A stretch of 64,000 nucleotides of DNA from contig NW_024055498.1 of NCBI RefSeq assembly GCF_902713615.1, positions 1,578,527 to 1,642,526 of the forward strand, read 5' to 3'. The stretch is from Scyliorhinus canicula (lineage: Eukaryota). The translations under genes were made by a program, and so were the position numbers. The notes under the pieces were generated by a model that did no database searches, had not been told where the DNA came from, and was given only the letters and a program-made list of their open reading frames with translations. Below are positions 33,367 to 45,006 of the stretch, piece after piece. Position 1 is the first letter of the stretch. Every line of letters starts with the position of its first letter.

Positions 33367-36300
33367 TTTTTTTTTTTTAAATAATTTTTATTGAAGAAAT
33401 TTTTCAAAATACAAACATTTTGACCCCCCCTAAATTTACATTTAAATTATAACAAAACAAAGTCAAACCCCCCTACTTAACAAGAAAAAGAAAAAAAAAG
33501 TCCCCCCCCCCCCCACTCGCGCGTCCCCCCCCCCCCCCCCCCCCCCGCCGGCGAACCGACAGTCAGACCAACTTATCATTTCTAGCAGCGTCCTCGGGCA
33601 GGCCTTGCCCGTGCCACCACCGCTACCGTACTTCCTTCGTCTTTGTCCCCCCCCCCCCTCCCCCCCCCCCCTCCTCTCCCCTCCCCTCCCGGGTTGCTGC
33701 TGTCACGGCCTCAGTTTCTATCTCTGATCCAAGAGGTCTAGGAAGGGTTGCCATCGCCTGAAAAACCCCTGCACCGACCCTCTCAGGGCGAATTTGATCC
33801 TTTCCAATTGGATGAAGTTTGCCATGTCGTTTAACCAGGTGTTAACACTCGGAGGCCTTTCGTCCCTCCACTGAATCAAGATCCTCCTCCGAGCCACCAA
33901 GGACGCAAAGGCTAATATTCCAGCCTCCCTCGCCTCCTGTACCCCCGGTTCCACCCCAACCCCGAAGATCGCAAGTCCCCATCCTGGCTTGACCCTGGAC
34001 CCCACCACTCTCGACACCGTCCCTGCCACCCCCTTCCAGAACTCCTCCAGTGCCGGACATGCCCAAAACATATGTGCATGATTCGCAGGGCTTCCCGAAC
34101 ATCTAATACACCTGTCTTCACCCCCGAAAAACCGACTCATCCTTGTCCCCGTCATGTGGGCTCTATGCAGTACCTTAAATTGAATGAGACTTAGTCTCGC
34201 ACATGACGACGACGAGTTGACCCTCTCCAGGGCGTCTGCCCATGTCCCGTCCTCTATCTGTTCCCCCAGCTCTAACTCCCACTTATCTTTTAGCTCCACT
34301 ACTGGTACCTCCTCCACCTCCTGCATAATCTTATAGATGTCCGAGATCTTCCCCTCCCCGACCCAGACCCCTGATAGCACCCTGTCACTCACCCCCCTGT
34401 CGGGAAGCGCGGGGAACCCCTCTACCTGTCGTCTGGCAAATGCCTTCACTTGGAGGTACCTGAACATGTTCCCCGGGGGGAGCCCAAATTTCTCCTCCAG
34501 CTCTCCCAGGCTCGCAAACCTCCCCTCTATAAACAAGTCCCTCAGTTGTCTAATACCCGCCCTCTGCCAGCTCTGGAATCCCCCTCCTGTGTTTCCCGGC
34601 GCAAATCTGTGGTTCCCTCTTAGTGGTGCCCCTATCAGACCTCCCACTTCCCCCCTGTGTCGCCTCCACTGCCCCCAGATCTTGAGGGTGGCCGCCACCA
34701 CCGGGCTCGTGGTATACCTCGTGGGAGGGAGCGGCCATGGTGCCGTTACCAGTGCCCCTAAGCTTATGTTGCCGCAGGACGCCCTCTCCATGCGCTTCCA
34801 GGCTGCCCCCTCCCCTTCCATCATCCACTTTCGTACCATCGATGTATTTGCCGCCCAGTAATATCCTGAAAGGTTGGGTAACGCCAGCCCTCCACTATCC
34901 CTACTCCGCTCCAAAAAGACCCTTCTAACTCTCGGGGTGCCATGTGCCCACACATACCCCATGATACTACTCGTTACCTTCTTGAAAAAGGCCCTGGGGA
35001 GGAAGATGGGCAGACACTGGAACAAAAACAAGAACCTCGGGAGGACCGTCATTTTAACTGACTGCACCCTCCCTGCCAGCGACAGCGGCACCATGTCCCA
35101 CCTCTTAAACTCCTCCTCCATCTGCTCCACCAGTCTGGAAAAGTTCAACTTGTGGAGGGTCCCCCAGTTCTTTGCCACCTGCACCCCCAAATACCTAAAA
35201 CTTTTAACTGCTCTTTTGAAGGGGAGCCTCCCAATTCCCTCCCCTTGGTCTCCCGGGTGTATTACAAAGACCTCACTTTTCCCCAGATTTAATTTATATC
35301 CCGAAAAGTCCCCGAACTCCGCTAGTATCCCCATTACCTCCGGCATTACCCCCTCCGGGTCTGCCACATACAACAACAAATCATCCGCATAGAGCGAGAC
35401 CCGATGTTCCTCCCCTCCCCTTGTCAGTCCTCTCCACCCCCCTGAACCCCTCAGTGCCATCGCCAACGGCTCAATCGCTAATGCAAAGAGTAAGGGAGAT
35501 AGGGGACATCCCTGCCTAGTACCTCGATGGAGCCCAAAATATTCCGACCTCCTCCCGTTTGTTACCACACTTGCCATCGGAGCTGAATAGAGCAGTTTTA
35601 CCCACTTGATAAATCCCTCCCCAAACCCAAACCTTTCCAACGTCTCCCACAAGTATTCCCACTCCACCCTGTCAAATGCCTTCTCCGCGTCCAGCGCTAC
35701 CACTATCTCCGCCTCCCCTTCCACTGCTGGCATCATAATCACATTTAACAATCTCCGGACATTTGTGTTAAGTTGGCGTCCCTTCACGAACCCCGTCTGG
35801 TCTTCATGGACTACCCCTGGCACACAGTCCTCTATCCTGGTTGCCAGGACCTTTGCTAACAGCTTGGCGTCAACATTCAGGAGGGAGATGGGCCTGTAGG
35901 ACCCGCACTGGACCGGGTCCTTGTCCCGCTTCAAAATCAAGGAGATCAGGGCCTGCGACATTGTTGGGGGCAGAACCCCCCCCTCGCGCGCCTCATTAAA
36001 GGCTCGCACCAGCACTGGACCCACCAAGTCCACAAATTTCCTGTAAAACTCCACCGGGAACCCATCCGGCCCCGGCGCCTTCCCCGCCTGCATCTGGCCT
36101 ATCCCTTTAATTAGCTCCTGCAGCTCTATCGGCGCCCCCAACCCTTCCACCAGCTCCTCCTGTACCTTTGGGAACCCCAATTTGTCGAGAAAGTTCTTCA
36201 TTCCCCCTCTCCTCTTCGGCGGTTCAGACCTATACAATTCCCTATAGAAGTCCCTAAAGACCCTATTCACCTCTTGCCCCTTCTGCACTACATCCCCACC

Positions 36301-38497
36301 CCTCTCTCTCACTCCCCCAATCTCTCTGGCTGCATCTCGCTTACGAAACTGGTGTGCCAGCATCCTGCTCGCCTTTTCCCCGTACTCATACGCCGCACCC
36401 TGCGCCCTTCTCCACTGCATTTCCGCCTTCCTAGTGGTCAGTAGGTCGAACCTGGCCTGCAAGCTACGCCGCTCCCTTAATAGCCCCTCCTCTGGTGCCG
36501 CCGCATATTTCCTATCTACTTCTAGGAGCTCCCCCACCAGCCTCTCCCTTTCCTGCCTCTCCTTCCTCTCTCTGTGTGCCCTTATGGAGATCAGCTCTCC
36601 TCTGATCACTGCTTTCAAGGCCTCCCAGACCGTCCCCACCTGCACCTCACCTGTGTCATTCGTACCCAGATAGTTCTCAATGCCCGTTCTCACCCTTCTG
36701 CACACCTCTTCGTCCGCCAACAGCCCTACATCCAGGCGCCACAACGGGCGTTGGTCCCGCGCCTCCCCCATTTCCATGTCCACCCAATGTGGTGCATGGT
36801 CCGATATCGCAATGGCCGAGTACTCCGTGTCCTGCACTCTCGGTATCAGCCCCCTGTTCAATACGAAAAAATCGATCCTAGAGTACACTCTGTGGACGTG
36901 GGAGAAAAAAGAATACTCCCTCGCCCTAGGCCTACCAAATCTCCATGGGTCTACCCCTCCCATCTGCTCCATGAACCCCCTTAACACCTCTGCCGCTGCC
37001 GGCCTCCTATTCGTCCTGGAACTCGATCTATCCAGCCCAGGGTCTAACACCGTATTAAAGTCCCCTCCCATGATCAGGCCCCCTGCCTCCAGTCCCGGGA
37101 TGAGGCCCAGCAGGCGCCTCATAAAACCCGCGTCGTCCCAGTTCGGGGCATACACATTTACCAGTACCACATTCTCTCCCTGCAGCCTACCCCTCACCAT
37201 CACGTACCTGCCCTCCTTGTCTGCCACCACCTCTGCCGCCACAAACGACACCCTCTTTCCCACCAAAATCGCCACCCCCCGGTTCTTGATATCCAAGCCT
37301 GAGTGGAACACCTGTCCCACCCACCCCCTTCTCAGGCGGACCTGATCTGCTACCCTCAAATGAGTCTCCTGCAGCATTGCTACATCAGCCTTCAGTCCCT
37401 TCAGGTTTGAGAAGACCCTTGATCTTTTGACCGGCCCATTCAGCCCCCTTACGTTCCACGTGATCAATCGGGTCGCAGAGCGACCCGTCCCTACTCCCTG
37501 TCGATTAGCCATGTCTTGTCCCTTGCTCGCCCCGGGTCATCCCTTCTTTTCTGACCCGCTTCCCATAGCGATGGCCCCCCCCCCCCCCCACCCCCCCCCT
37601 GGCTCTCCCCTTCTCGTCCCTGGTCTTTCCAGCAGCAACCCGGTGTCCCCCCCCCCCCCCCCCCTGGCTAGGACCCCTCCTAGCCGCGATGTACCCCACA
37701 TCGTACTCCCGAGAGTCAGCTGGTCTCCGCTGACCCGGCTGCTCCTGCCACATTCCGACTCCTCCCGGTTCACCCCATCTGCGCCCGTGAAAGATCCCCT
37801 TAAAACCCCCGAGAAAGACCCGCATAATCAACCCGCTCCCCCCCGTCCCGTCTCCCCAACTTAACGATATAAATACCCAATGGCAACTAAATACATAAAT
37901 ACTTAACTACATACTTAAATAACAAAATAATTAACTAACTATCAACTAACAGTGTGCCCAACCATCACCCTCCATCAAACAGTATAAATAACCGCAGATA
38001 ACCATAACCCGAAAAGAAAAAAAAAGAACAAAAAACCCCCCCAAGCACCCAAAGAAAAAGGGTAAGAGGGGTAAATAACTAAGGGAAATTGGAAACGGGA
38101 AAAAACACCCCATAAGAAGCCACCGACCCACAATAGAGATTTCAACAGTACAAATATACAGAAACACCCAACAACTCGAAACCTTCAAAATATTCAGAAA
38201 AGTCAACCGTTCGAGAAAAAACACCCCAAACAATCCACGAAACTGTTACCCAGTTCCGACCTGGCCTGAAAAAGAAAAGGTCCACTTGCTCAATCAAGAG
38301 TCCCCCGGCGGCTACGACCGCCGGTGCTCCCAGGTTTTAGTTCGTGTCCAACTTTTCCTCTTGTACAAAGGTCCAGGCCTCCTCTGGGGACTCGAAATAA
38401 TGATGTTGGTCCTTGTAGGTGACCCACAAGCGCGCCGGCTGCAGCATTCCAAATTTGATCTTTTTCGCGTGTAGCACCGCCTTTGTCCGGTTGTACC
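33367..38497 (-). mobile_element. L1-clade LINE, 5'-truncated within ORF1, with poly(A) and 16-17-bp TSD
   Basis: AGACAGGGTTGATTCAT at 33351-33367 and 38498-38514; poly-T at 33367-33378. ORF1 C-terminal remnant 38337-38495 (KFGMLQPARLWVTY..FESPEEAWTF); ~820-bp inter-ORF spacer. Confidence 0.95.
33718..37512 (-). CDS. L1-type ORF2: APE endonuclease, RT, C-terminal CCHC; uninterrupted 1264 aa
   Basis: ITWNVRGLN, LQETH, GGDFN, SDH; RT ALDAEKAFD, QGCPLSP, YADD; CIRC..NHAHMFWAC. Confidence 0.97.
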   Translation of the reverse strand: MANRQGVGTGRSATRLITWNVRGLNGPVKRSRVFSNLKGLKADVAMLQETHLRVADQVRLRRGWVGQVFHSGLDIKNRGVAILVGKRVSFVAAEVVADKEGRYVMVRGRLQGENVVLVNVYAPNWDDAGFMRRLLGLIPGLEAGGLIMGGDFNTVLDPGLDRSSSRTNRRPAAAEVLRGFMEQMGGVDPWRFGRPRAREYSFFSHVHRVYSRIDFFVLNRGLIPRVQDTEYSAIAISDHAPHWVDMEMGEARDQRPLWRLDVGLLADEEVCRRVRTGIENYLGTNDTGEVQVGTVWEALKAVIRGELISIRAHRERKERQERERLVGELLEVDRKYAAAPEEGLLRERRSLQARFDLLTTRKAEMQWRRAQGAAYEYGEKASRMLAHQFRKRDAAREIGGVRERGGDVVQKGQEVNRVFRDFYRELYRSEPPKRRGGMKNFLDKLGFPKVQEELVEGLGAPIELQELIKGIGQMQAGKAPGPDGFPVEFYRKFVDLVGPVLVRAFNEAREGGVLPPTMSQALISLILKRDKDPVQCGSYRPISLLNVDAKLLAKVLATRIEDCVPGVVHEDQTGFVKGRQLNTNVRRLLNVIMMPAVEGEAEIVVALDAEKAFDRVEWEYLWETLERFGFGEGFIKWVKLLYSAPMASVVTNGRRSEYFGLHRGTRQGCPLSPLLFALAIEPLAMALRGSGGWRGLTRGGEEHRVSLYADDLLLYVADPEGVMPEVMGILAEFGDFSGYKLNLGKSEVFVIHPGDQGEGIGRLPFKRAVKSFRYLGVQVAKNWGTLHKLNFSRLVEQMEEEFKRWDMVPLSLAGRVQSVKMTVLPRFLFLFQCLPIFLPRAFFKKVTSSIMGYVWAHGTPRVRRVFLERSRDSGGLALPNLSGYYWAANTSMVRKWMMEGEGAAWKRMERASCGNISLGALVTAPWPLPPTRYTTSPVVAATLKIWGQWRRHRGEVGGLIGAPLRGNHRFAPGNTGGGFQSWQRAGIRQLRDLFIEGRFASLGELEEKFGLPPGNMFRYLQVKAFARRQVEGFPALPDRGVSDRVLSGVWVGEGKISDIYKIMQEVEEVPVVELKDKWELELGEQIEDGTWADALERVNSSSSCARLSLIQFKVLHRAHMTGTRMSRFFGGEDRCIRCSGSPANHAHMFWACPALEEFWKGVAGTVSRVVGSRVKPGWGLAIFGVGVEPGVQEAREAGILAFASLVARRRILIQWRDERPPSVNTWLNDMANFIQLERIKFALRGSVQGFFRRWQPFLDLLDQR

Positions 38498-39039
38498 AGA
38501 CAGGGTTGATTCATGATCTCATAGTTAGGGATCCTCTCGCAAGGAACGATCACAATATGATGGAATTTAAAATACAGATGGAGGGTGAGAAAGTAAAATC
38601 AAATACTAGTGTTTTGTGTTTAAACAAAGGAGATTACATAGACATAGAATTTACAGTGCAGAAGGAGGCCATTCGGCCCATCGAGTCTGCACCGGCTCTT
38701 GGAAAGAACATCCTACCCAAGGTCAACACCTCCACCCTATCCCCATAACCCAGTAACCCCACCCAACACTAAGGGCAATTTTGGACACTAAGGGCAATTT
38801 AGCATGGCCAATCCACCTAACCTGCACATCTTTGGACTGTGGGAGGAAACCAGAGTACCCGGAGAAAACCCACGCACACACGGGGAGGATGTGCAGACTC
38901 CGCAAAGAGTGACCCAAGCCGGAATCGAACCTGGGACCCTGGAGCTGTGAAGCGATTGTGCTATCCACAATGCTACCGTGCTGCCCCACGGGATTACAAG
39001 GGGATGAGAGAAGAACTAGCCCAACTCGTCACAATAATG

Positions 39040-39195
39040 GCCAAGGGAACTTTTACATGAACTTAGAGGGGCAGATCGGTCTTCAGTTGAATATCTTACT
39101 TGAAACAAACTCTGACAGTGCAGCACTCCCTCAGTGCTGGGACGAGGAATATTGGATGTGATTTTTGTCCACGGGTCCCTGGACTGGGACTTGAT
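39040..39195 (-). mobile_element. Ancient Deu-domain-like SINE fragment; similar fragments ~55520-55720(+) and ~56085-56160(-)
   Basis: Reverse complement contains CTGAGGGAGTGCTGCACTGTCAGAG...GCCCCTCTAAGTTCATGTAAAAG, resembling the Deu domain as recalled; not database-verified. Confidence 0.55.
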
Positions 39196-39217
39196 TAAAT
39201 TGAATTGATTGGGCCTT

Positions 39218-39930
39218 TAATGGGGATGGTTAGGAGGGGTTAGTTTGAGAGGGGCTGAAGTTTGTATCTGTTGTATGTTTGGGATTGAGGTGGCTATGGT
39301 TGTTGGGGATGGGGGGGGGTGCGTGCGATGGTCAGGGCAACGGAATGCGGAATATATGGTCCCCTGGGGGTGTTTAAGTGTTGTCAGGGGGTTGGGTTTT
39401 GGTTGCTCATCTGTAGCTGGTATGGGCTGGGAGGAGTAGTTTGTTTTTATTCTTTGAGCATACACCATGGGTGGGGGTTACCTTTGTTAACTGTAAAGTT
39501 TCAGCTAGTGAATGGAGTGAGGTGGGGAGAGGGGCTGCGACTTGTTGGAACTGCTTGAGCAAAGTTCAGTGAGCCAAGCTTATTTGTTTGGTGGGGGAGG
39601 GGGGGGGGGGGAAAGAGGAAGGATTTGGTTTTCTGGAAAGATTTTTTTTCAGGGTTATGGTGAGGGGGCTGGAGGGAGGGATGTGGCTGGGACTAAGGGC
39701 TTGTCAGTGCCACGTCCTTGGGGAAGTGCTGGGGGCTGTTGAGTGGGTCCTGGCCACGGGTCGGCCAGAGCTGGCGAACATTGTCTTTTACCTTTAGGAA
39801 TCGGTCACAGTCAGTGAGTGCGGGGATCTCGAGTTTTTTTTCTCTTCAAGGGAAGGTATTTTGTTTGTATGGATTTCTTTTTGTGTTTTATATAATGAAA
39901 AATTTAATTAAAATATTTTCCAAAAAAAAC
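39218..39930 (+). mobile_element. G-rich, A-tailed insertion resembling an L1 non-coding spacer/3' UTR
   Basis: G/T-rich composition like the sense strand of 37513-38336; ends AAAATATTTTCC(A)8. No protein motif found. Confidence 0.4.
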
Positions 39931-40929
39931 ATTCCTTTAAGATGTCAAAACTGTGGACTCAGTTCATGTGTGGGCTTCACTGTCTTTTGCTGAGGGATTT
40001 AAACATGAGGAACATCCCCGGCTCCTCCAGTCTTATAAGAACAAAGTAAATTACAGCACAGGAACAGGCCCTTCGGCCCTCCAAGCCTGCACTGACCATG
40101 CTGCCCGTCTGAATTAAACATCTTCCTGTGTCAGACATCTGATTAAAACATTTTCTTTCCACTTCAATGGACTTTTTTTTAGAATCCATTGACCCTTCTA
40201 CAGAACTGTTACAAGGAATAACAAATGTTTACTCTGTTTCTCTCGCCACAGATGGCACAGTAGTTAGCACTGCTGCCTCACAGCGCCAGCGACCAGGGTT
40301 CAATTCTGGCCTTGGATGACTGTATTGAGTTTGCACGTTCTTCTCGTGTCTGCGTGGGTCCCTACGGGTGCTCCAGTTTTCTCTCACGAGAATATGCAGG
40401 CTTGGTGGTTGGCTATGCTAAATTGCCCCTTAGTGTTCAAAGATGAAGTGGGGTTATGGGGGAAATGCACCTGGGTGGGGTGCTCGATTGGCCATGGTAA
40501 ATTGCCCCTTTGTGTCCAAACAAAGGTTAGGTGCGGTTACTGGGTTACAGGGATGGGCTTAAGTAGGGTACTCTTTGTGAGGGCCGATGCAGGCTTGATG
40601 GGCCTAATGGCCTCCTTCTGCACTGTACATTCTACGATTCTGTTGGAATTTCTTTCCCACAGTCTGACCTGGTGGGTCTGTCTGGTGGTATTTCCCTGGT
40701 ACTGTCCATGTATTTGAACGTTTGGGTACTTTAGGGAGCAGGTAGAACTTCCTTGGCTCTACCTGTTGTCTTTGGTTAATGTGTCTAGAGTTTTTGAGTT
40801 CTTCCAGTCTGTCTCCAATTCTCCTTCCTGTCTCGGGTATATGTGTCCAGGCAGCTTGGTGTTGTGATTCGTGTTGTTCTATTGTCTGTGTGTCTCCAGC
40901 AGGTATTGTTGTCCCTCAATAATGACTGT

Positions 40930-41410
40930 GCTGCAAACCTTGTCTTCTGGTCTTATGAACATATCCGTGTTGGATCCAAGCTCCCGGATTGTCTGTCTTT
41001 CTCTCCGGGTAAGATTCTGTTCGTATTTCACTACAGAGCAGAGACCTGATTGAAGGATTCAAACATGGGAATTCTGGGAAAGAGTCAAGGATTTGGGAGG
41101 TGACAACATGTTCAAGGAGTTTGGCGAGGAGAGGGAGGTTGAAGATGGGGCAGTAATTTGTAAGGATGGCAGGGTCAAGGGTTTGTTTTATTGAGGAGGG
41201 GGAGATGATGGCAGATTTGAAGGACAGAGGGACAGTACCTGAAGAGAGAGAAATGTTGACAATATCCATGGACACAGGATAGTTGGCTGATCAGTAGCTC
41301 AGTGGGAATAGGGTCGATGGAGCAGGAGCTGGGTCTCATGGACAAGATGAGCTCTGAGAGGGCATATGGGAAGATGGGAGAGAAACTAGAGAAAGATGTG
41401 GGTTCAGGGC
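40930..41410 (-). mobile_element. L2-like LINE RT fragment; related pieces ~45895-46310(+) and ~62330-63120(-)
   Basis: FKSAIISP..KQTLDPAILTNYCPIFNLPLLAKLLEHVV; GVPQGSTLGP; YTDNTQLY. Confidence 0.75.
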
Positions 41411-41777
41411 TCGGGAAAGGATGAAATTTAGAGACAGTTTGGTCCGATGGGCTCGTGGAAGGGAAGCAGCAGAGGCAGCTGATCGGATTTACTCAATCTC
41501 AGTCACAAAGAAGCTCCACAAGCTCCTCACACTTCTTATTGGAGACGAGGATGGAAGAGACAGGGGAGAGCGAGAGTACTTCAAAAGGAACTAACTTGTG
41601 TCAGAGATATCAAAAAGTTTCAACACACTGCGTATTTCACACAAATCTAATTTATTTGACTTTTAGCCAGAATATTAGCCCCTGTAAATGGGCTGGAGTT
41701 TGTTATCAGTAGAAAGAGACCCAAATGAACATGGTTCAGTCCTGAATGTGAGGAACAGCAAAACCCAATCACTGTGG

Positions 41778-42986
41778 TTACTTGTGGCCTCGTTGGTGTC
41801 TCAGCAGGTAGGATGAAGTGGTGAATCCCTTCCCACACTCGGAGCAAGTGAATGGCCTCTCCCCAGTGTGAATTCGCTGGTGCTTCTGTAGGGTGGATGC
41901 CTGAGTGAATCCTTTTCCACACTTGGAGCAGGTGAATGGCCTCTCCCCAGTGTGAATTCGCTGATGTGCAGTGAGGTGAGACGATTGTCTGAACCCAGTC
42001 CCACAGTGAGAGCACGTAAACAGTCTCTTGTCAGTGTGAACACGTTGATGACGCATCAGTTTCCCAGAACGTTTATAGGAGTTCCCACAGTCTGGACATT
42101 GAAACGGCCTCTCATCACTGTGAATTCGCTGGTGATTCAGAAGTTCGGATGACTGAATGAATCCCTTCCCACACTCTGAGCAGATGAATGGTCTCTCCCC
42201 AGTGTGAATTCGCTGATGTACAGTGAGGTGAGATGATCGTCTGAACCCAGTCCTGCAATGAGAGCACCTGAACGGTCTCTCATCAGTGTGAACACGTTGA
42301 TGTTGCAACAGTTCCCCAAAACGTTTATAGCACTTCTCGCAGTCTGGACATTGAAAGGGTCTCTCATCAGTGTGAATTCGCTGGTGCTTCTGCAGGTCAG
42401 ATGCCTGAGTGAATCCCTTCCCACACATGGCACAGACGAATGGCCTCTCAACTGTGTGAATTCGCTGATGTACAGTGAGGTGAGATGATCGTTTGAACCC
42501 AGTCCCACAGTGAGAGCACCTGAATGGTCTCTCGTCAGTGTGAACACGTTGATGGCACGTCAGTTCTCCAGATCTTTTATAGCACTTCCCGCAGTCTGGA
42601 CATTGAAACGGTTTCTCATCTGTGTGCACTCGCTGGTGGCTCAGCAGGTGGGCTGAAAGAGTAAATCCCTTCCCACACTCTGAGCAGGTGAATGGTCTCT
42701 CCCTGGAGTGAAATCGCTGGTGTGTGGACAGACCAGATGGCTGAGTGAATCCCTTCCCACACTCGGAGCAGGTGAATGGTTTCTCCCCAGTGTGACTGCG
42801 TCGATGAGTTTCCAGCTTGGATGGATAAGTGAATCCTTTCCCACAGTCCGCACATTTCCACGGTTTCTCCTCAGTGTGACTGCATTTGTGTCTTGTGAGG
42901 CCTGATGGTCGACTGAATCCTCGTCCACACAAACACGTGTACAGTTTCTCCCCACTGTGAATGACATTTTTTCCTTCCATGTTCAA
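41778..42986 (-). CDS. C2H2 zinc-finger protein ZF4 (13 intact fingers plus 1 degenerate)
   Basis: 402-aa open frame; shared acceptor cassette near 43098; shared 3' UTR block at 41690-41780. Confidence 0.92.
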   Translation of the reverse strand: MNMEGKNVIHSGEKLYTCLCGRGFSRPSGLTRHKCSHTEEKPWKCADCGKGFTYPSKLETHRRSHTGEKPFTCSECGKGFTQPSGLSTHQRFHSRERPFTCSECGKGFTLSAHLLSHQRVHTDEKPFQCPDCGKCYKRSGELTCHQRVHTDERPFRCSHCGTGFKRSSHLTVHQRIHTVERPFVCAMCGKGFTQASDLQKHQRIHTDERPFQCPDCEKCYKRFGELLQHQRVHTDERPFRCSHCRTGFRRSSHLTVHQRIHTGERPFICSECGKGFIQSSELLNHQRIHSDERPFQCPDCGNSYKRSGKLMRHQRVHTDKRLFTCSHCGTGFRQSSHLTAHQRIHTGERPFTCSKCGKGFTQASTLQKHQRIHTGERPFTCSECGKGFTTSSYLLRHQRGHK

Positions 42987-43531
42987 AATCTCATGATATT
43001 CAGCAACGATAGGTTCTGATGAATCGAGTGACTCTGTCAGATCGCGATGTGACGTTTGGTTTGTGTTTCCCGTCTGTTAAACCTCCACTTCCAGTATCCT
43101 GTAAATTTACAGAAACCTCACTGTCAGTTTAGGATAGAAATTCACAACATTCTCTCCTCGCCAACTTTGATCAAATGTATTCCTGGAGGTTTGATCACAT
43201 GACCTGCCCCCATCCTTCAGCCATTAATCGGTCAACAAATCCATCCTTGTGACACACTGCCTTCCTCGGCCAATTGGGAAGCAAAAGGACTCATTACCTT
43301 ACAGGACAGTGATTGACTGTCAGCCAAACAACCCTTATCCCATTTTCAATATTTTTCTATCTGCTGAAGATAAATGTTCAAAACAATCTTGTTTACTGTC
43401 TTGAAATGAAAATTGCTTATTGTCACGAGTAGGCTTCAAATGAAGTTACTGTGAAAAGTCCCTAGTCACCACATTCCGGCGCCTGTTCAGGGAGACTGGT
43501 ACAGGAATTGAATTGTGCTGGGTTCAGTCTT

Positions 43532-44167
43532 TTTTTTAAATAAACAATTTTATTGAGGTATTTTTGGCATTGTAAACAGTTACAGTAATGTGCAAATATC
43601 AACACAAAGCAGAAACATAGTTCAAAAGACCACTCCTCTCATAAACAGTACCCACCTATTTATCCCCCCTATTCTACTCTAATCTCTCCCCCCCCCCCCC
43701 CCCCCCCCCCCGCTGACATTTAATTCCCAGCGAAGAAGTCGATGAATGGTTGCCACCTTCGGGCGAACCCTAATACAGATCTTCTTAAGGCAAACTTATT
43801 TTATCCAGCCCTAAATAGCTCAACATGTCTGAGAGCCATGCTTCGGTCTTTGAGTCCCTCCATGCCAGCAGTTTACATCGCCAGGCTACCAGGGAAGCAA
43901 AGGCCAAGACGTCAGTCTCCCTCTCCTCCTGGACACCCGGGTCTTCCAAGACCCCAAAAATTGCCACCACTGGACTCATCACCACCCTGGTTTTCAGTAT
44001 CTGGGACATGACGTTTGCAAATCCCTCCCAGTATCTCCTAAGTTTTGGGCATGCCCAGAAGATGTGGACGTGATTTGCTGCCCCTCCCGCACACCTAGCG
44101 CATTTGTCCTCCACCCCAAAAAAATTACTCATCTGGGCCACCATCATGTGGGCCTGGTGGACGGGAA
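43532..44167 (-). mobile_element. 5'-truncated L1-clade 3' end with 13-bp TSD
   Basis: CARC..HIFWACPKLRRYW..AFASLVAWR. 3' end matches 17320-17347. TGGGTTCAGTCTT at 43519-43531 and 44168-44180. Confidence 0.88.
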
Positions 44168-45006
44168 TGGGTTCAGTCTTGTCAATATTTAAATAGAGGA
44201 AAGTTCTGCTCCTCCAGCATTGGATGTCTGACAAGATCGGACAGTGTGTGTCTTGGAAGGGAACTTGCAGGTGGTGATGTTCACATACATCTGCTGTCCT
44301 GGTCCATCCAGGTGGTGGAGGTCAAATATTTAGGAGATTCTGTCAAATTGTGATTCAGTTGTCAGTCGAGAAAATGCCTCTCCAATGCCACCTATCACCC
44401 CCACCCCCTTTCTCGCTTTCTCTCCCTTTCCCTCATTCTTTTTTACTTTCTCTCTCGGTCTTTTGCTGAGAATTCTCTCGCCCAGAGGGTTGTGGGTGAT
44501 CCATCAATGAATATATTGAAGGCTGAGATGGTGAGATTTTTGGTCTCTCAGGAAGTCAAAGGACATAGAGAGCTAACGGGAAAGTGGAATTGAAGACTGA
44601 GATCAGCCACAATCGTGTTCAATGGCAGAGCAGGGTCGACGGGCCGAATGGTCTACTTCTCCTATTCTTGTGTTCTTGCAGAGGCCTGATTCTTGTGTGG
44701 GCTCAGGCCGGGTGGCCGGTTCCCTTCCCTGAAGGACATTAACAAACTAGTTCACTTTCCACAAAATATTCAACAGTTTTCATGGTCACTTATTCCCGTT
44801 GCCGGCCCCACAAGTTACTAGATTCATTCAGCTCAATTTCACAACCTGTTTTTGTGGGTTCTCTCTCATTCCCTTTTTTCTGTTTTAAATCAATTTCAGA
44901 GTTAGAAGGGGAGGATTTGCAGTCAGGAAACTCAGATCAAACATTACATCAGGATCAGACAACGTCACCGAATTCACCGTAACCTGAATATTGGTGATTT
45001 TTGACC

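Larger units (their letters stand above)
31405..39022 (+). mobile_element. CR1 LINE 5' half (5' UTR, ORF1, ORF2 endonuclease), split by L1 and SINE insertions
   Basis: ORF1 from 31611: CSSC..CKKC zinc finger, leucine-rich helix, SGNH esterase GDSIVRG, frameshifted near poly-G 32186-32192. ORF2 LYLNARSIRN..AITETWL..YRPPN. Reading resumes after the L1 TSD as HDLIVRDPLARNDHNM (38511 onward). Confidence 0.9.

Noticed and set aside
33842-37864. Multiple plus-strand ORFs up to 221 aa
   Set aside because: Antisense to the GC-rich L1 ORF2; no recognisable motifs.
44845-44885. TGTTTTTGT nonamer-like motif and the many CACAGTG heptamers in ZF exons
   Set aside because: No matching partner at 12- or 23-bp spacing; CACAGTG arises from His-Ser codons in finger linkers.
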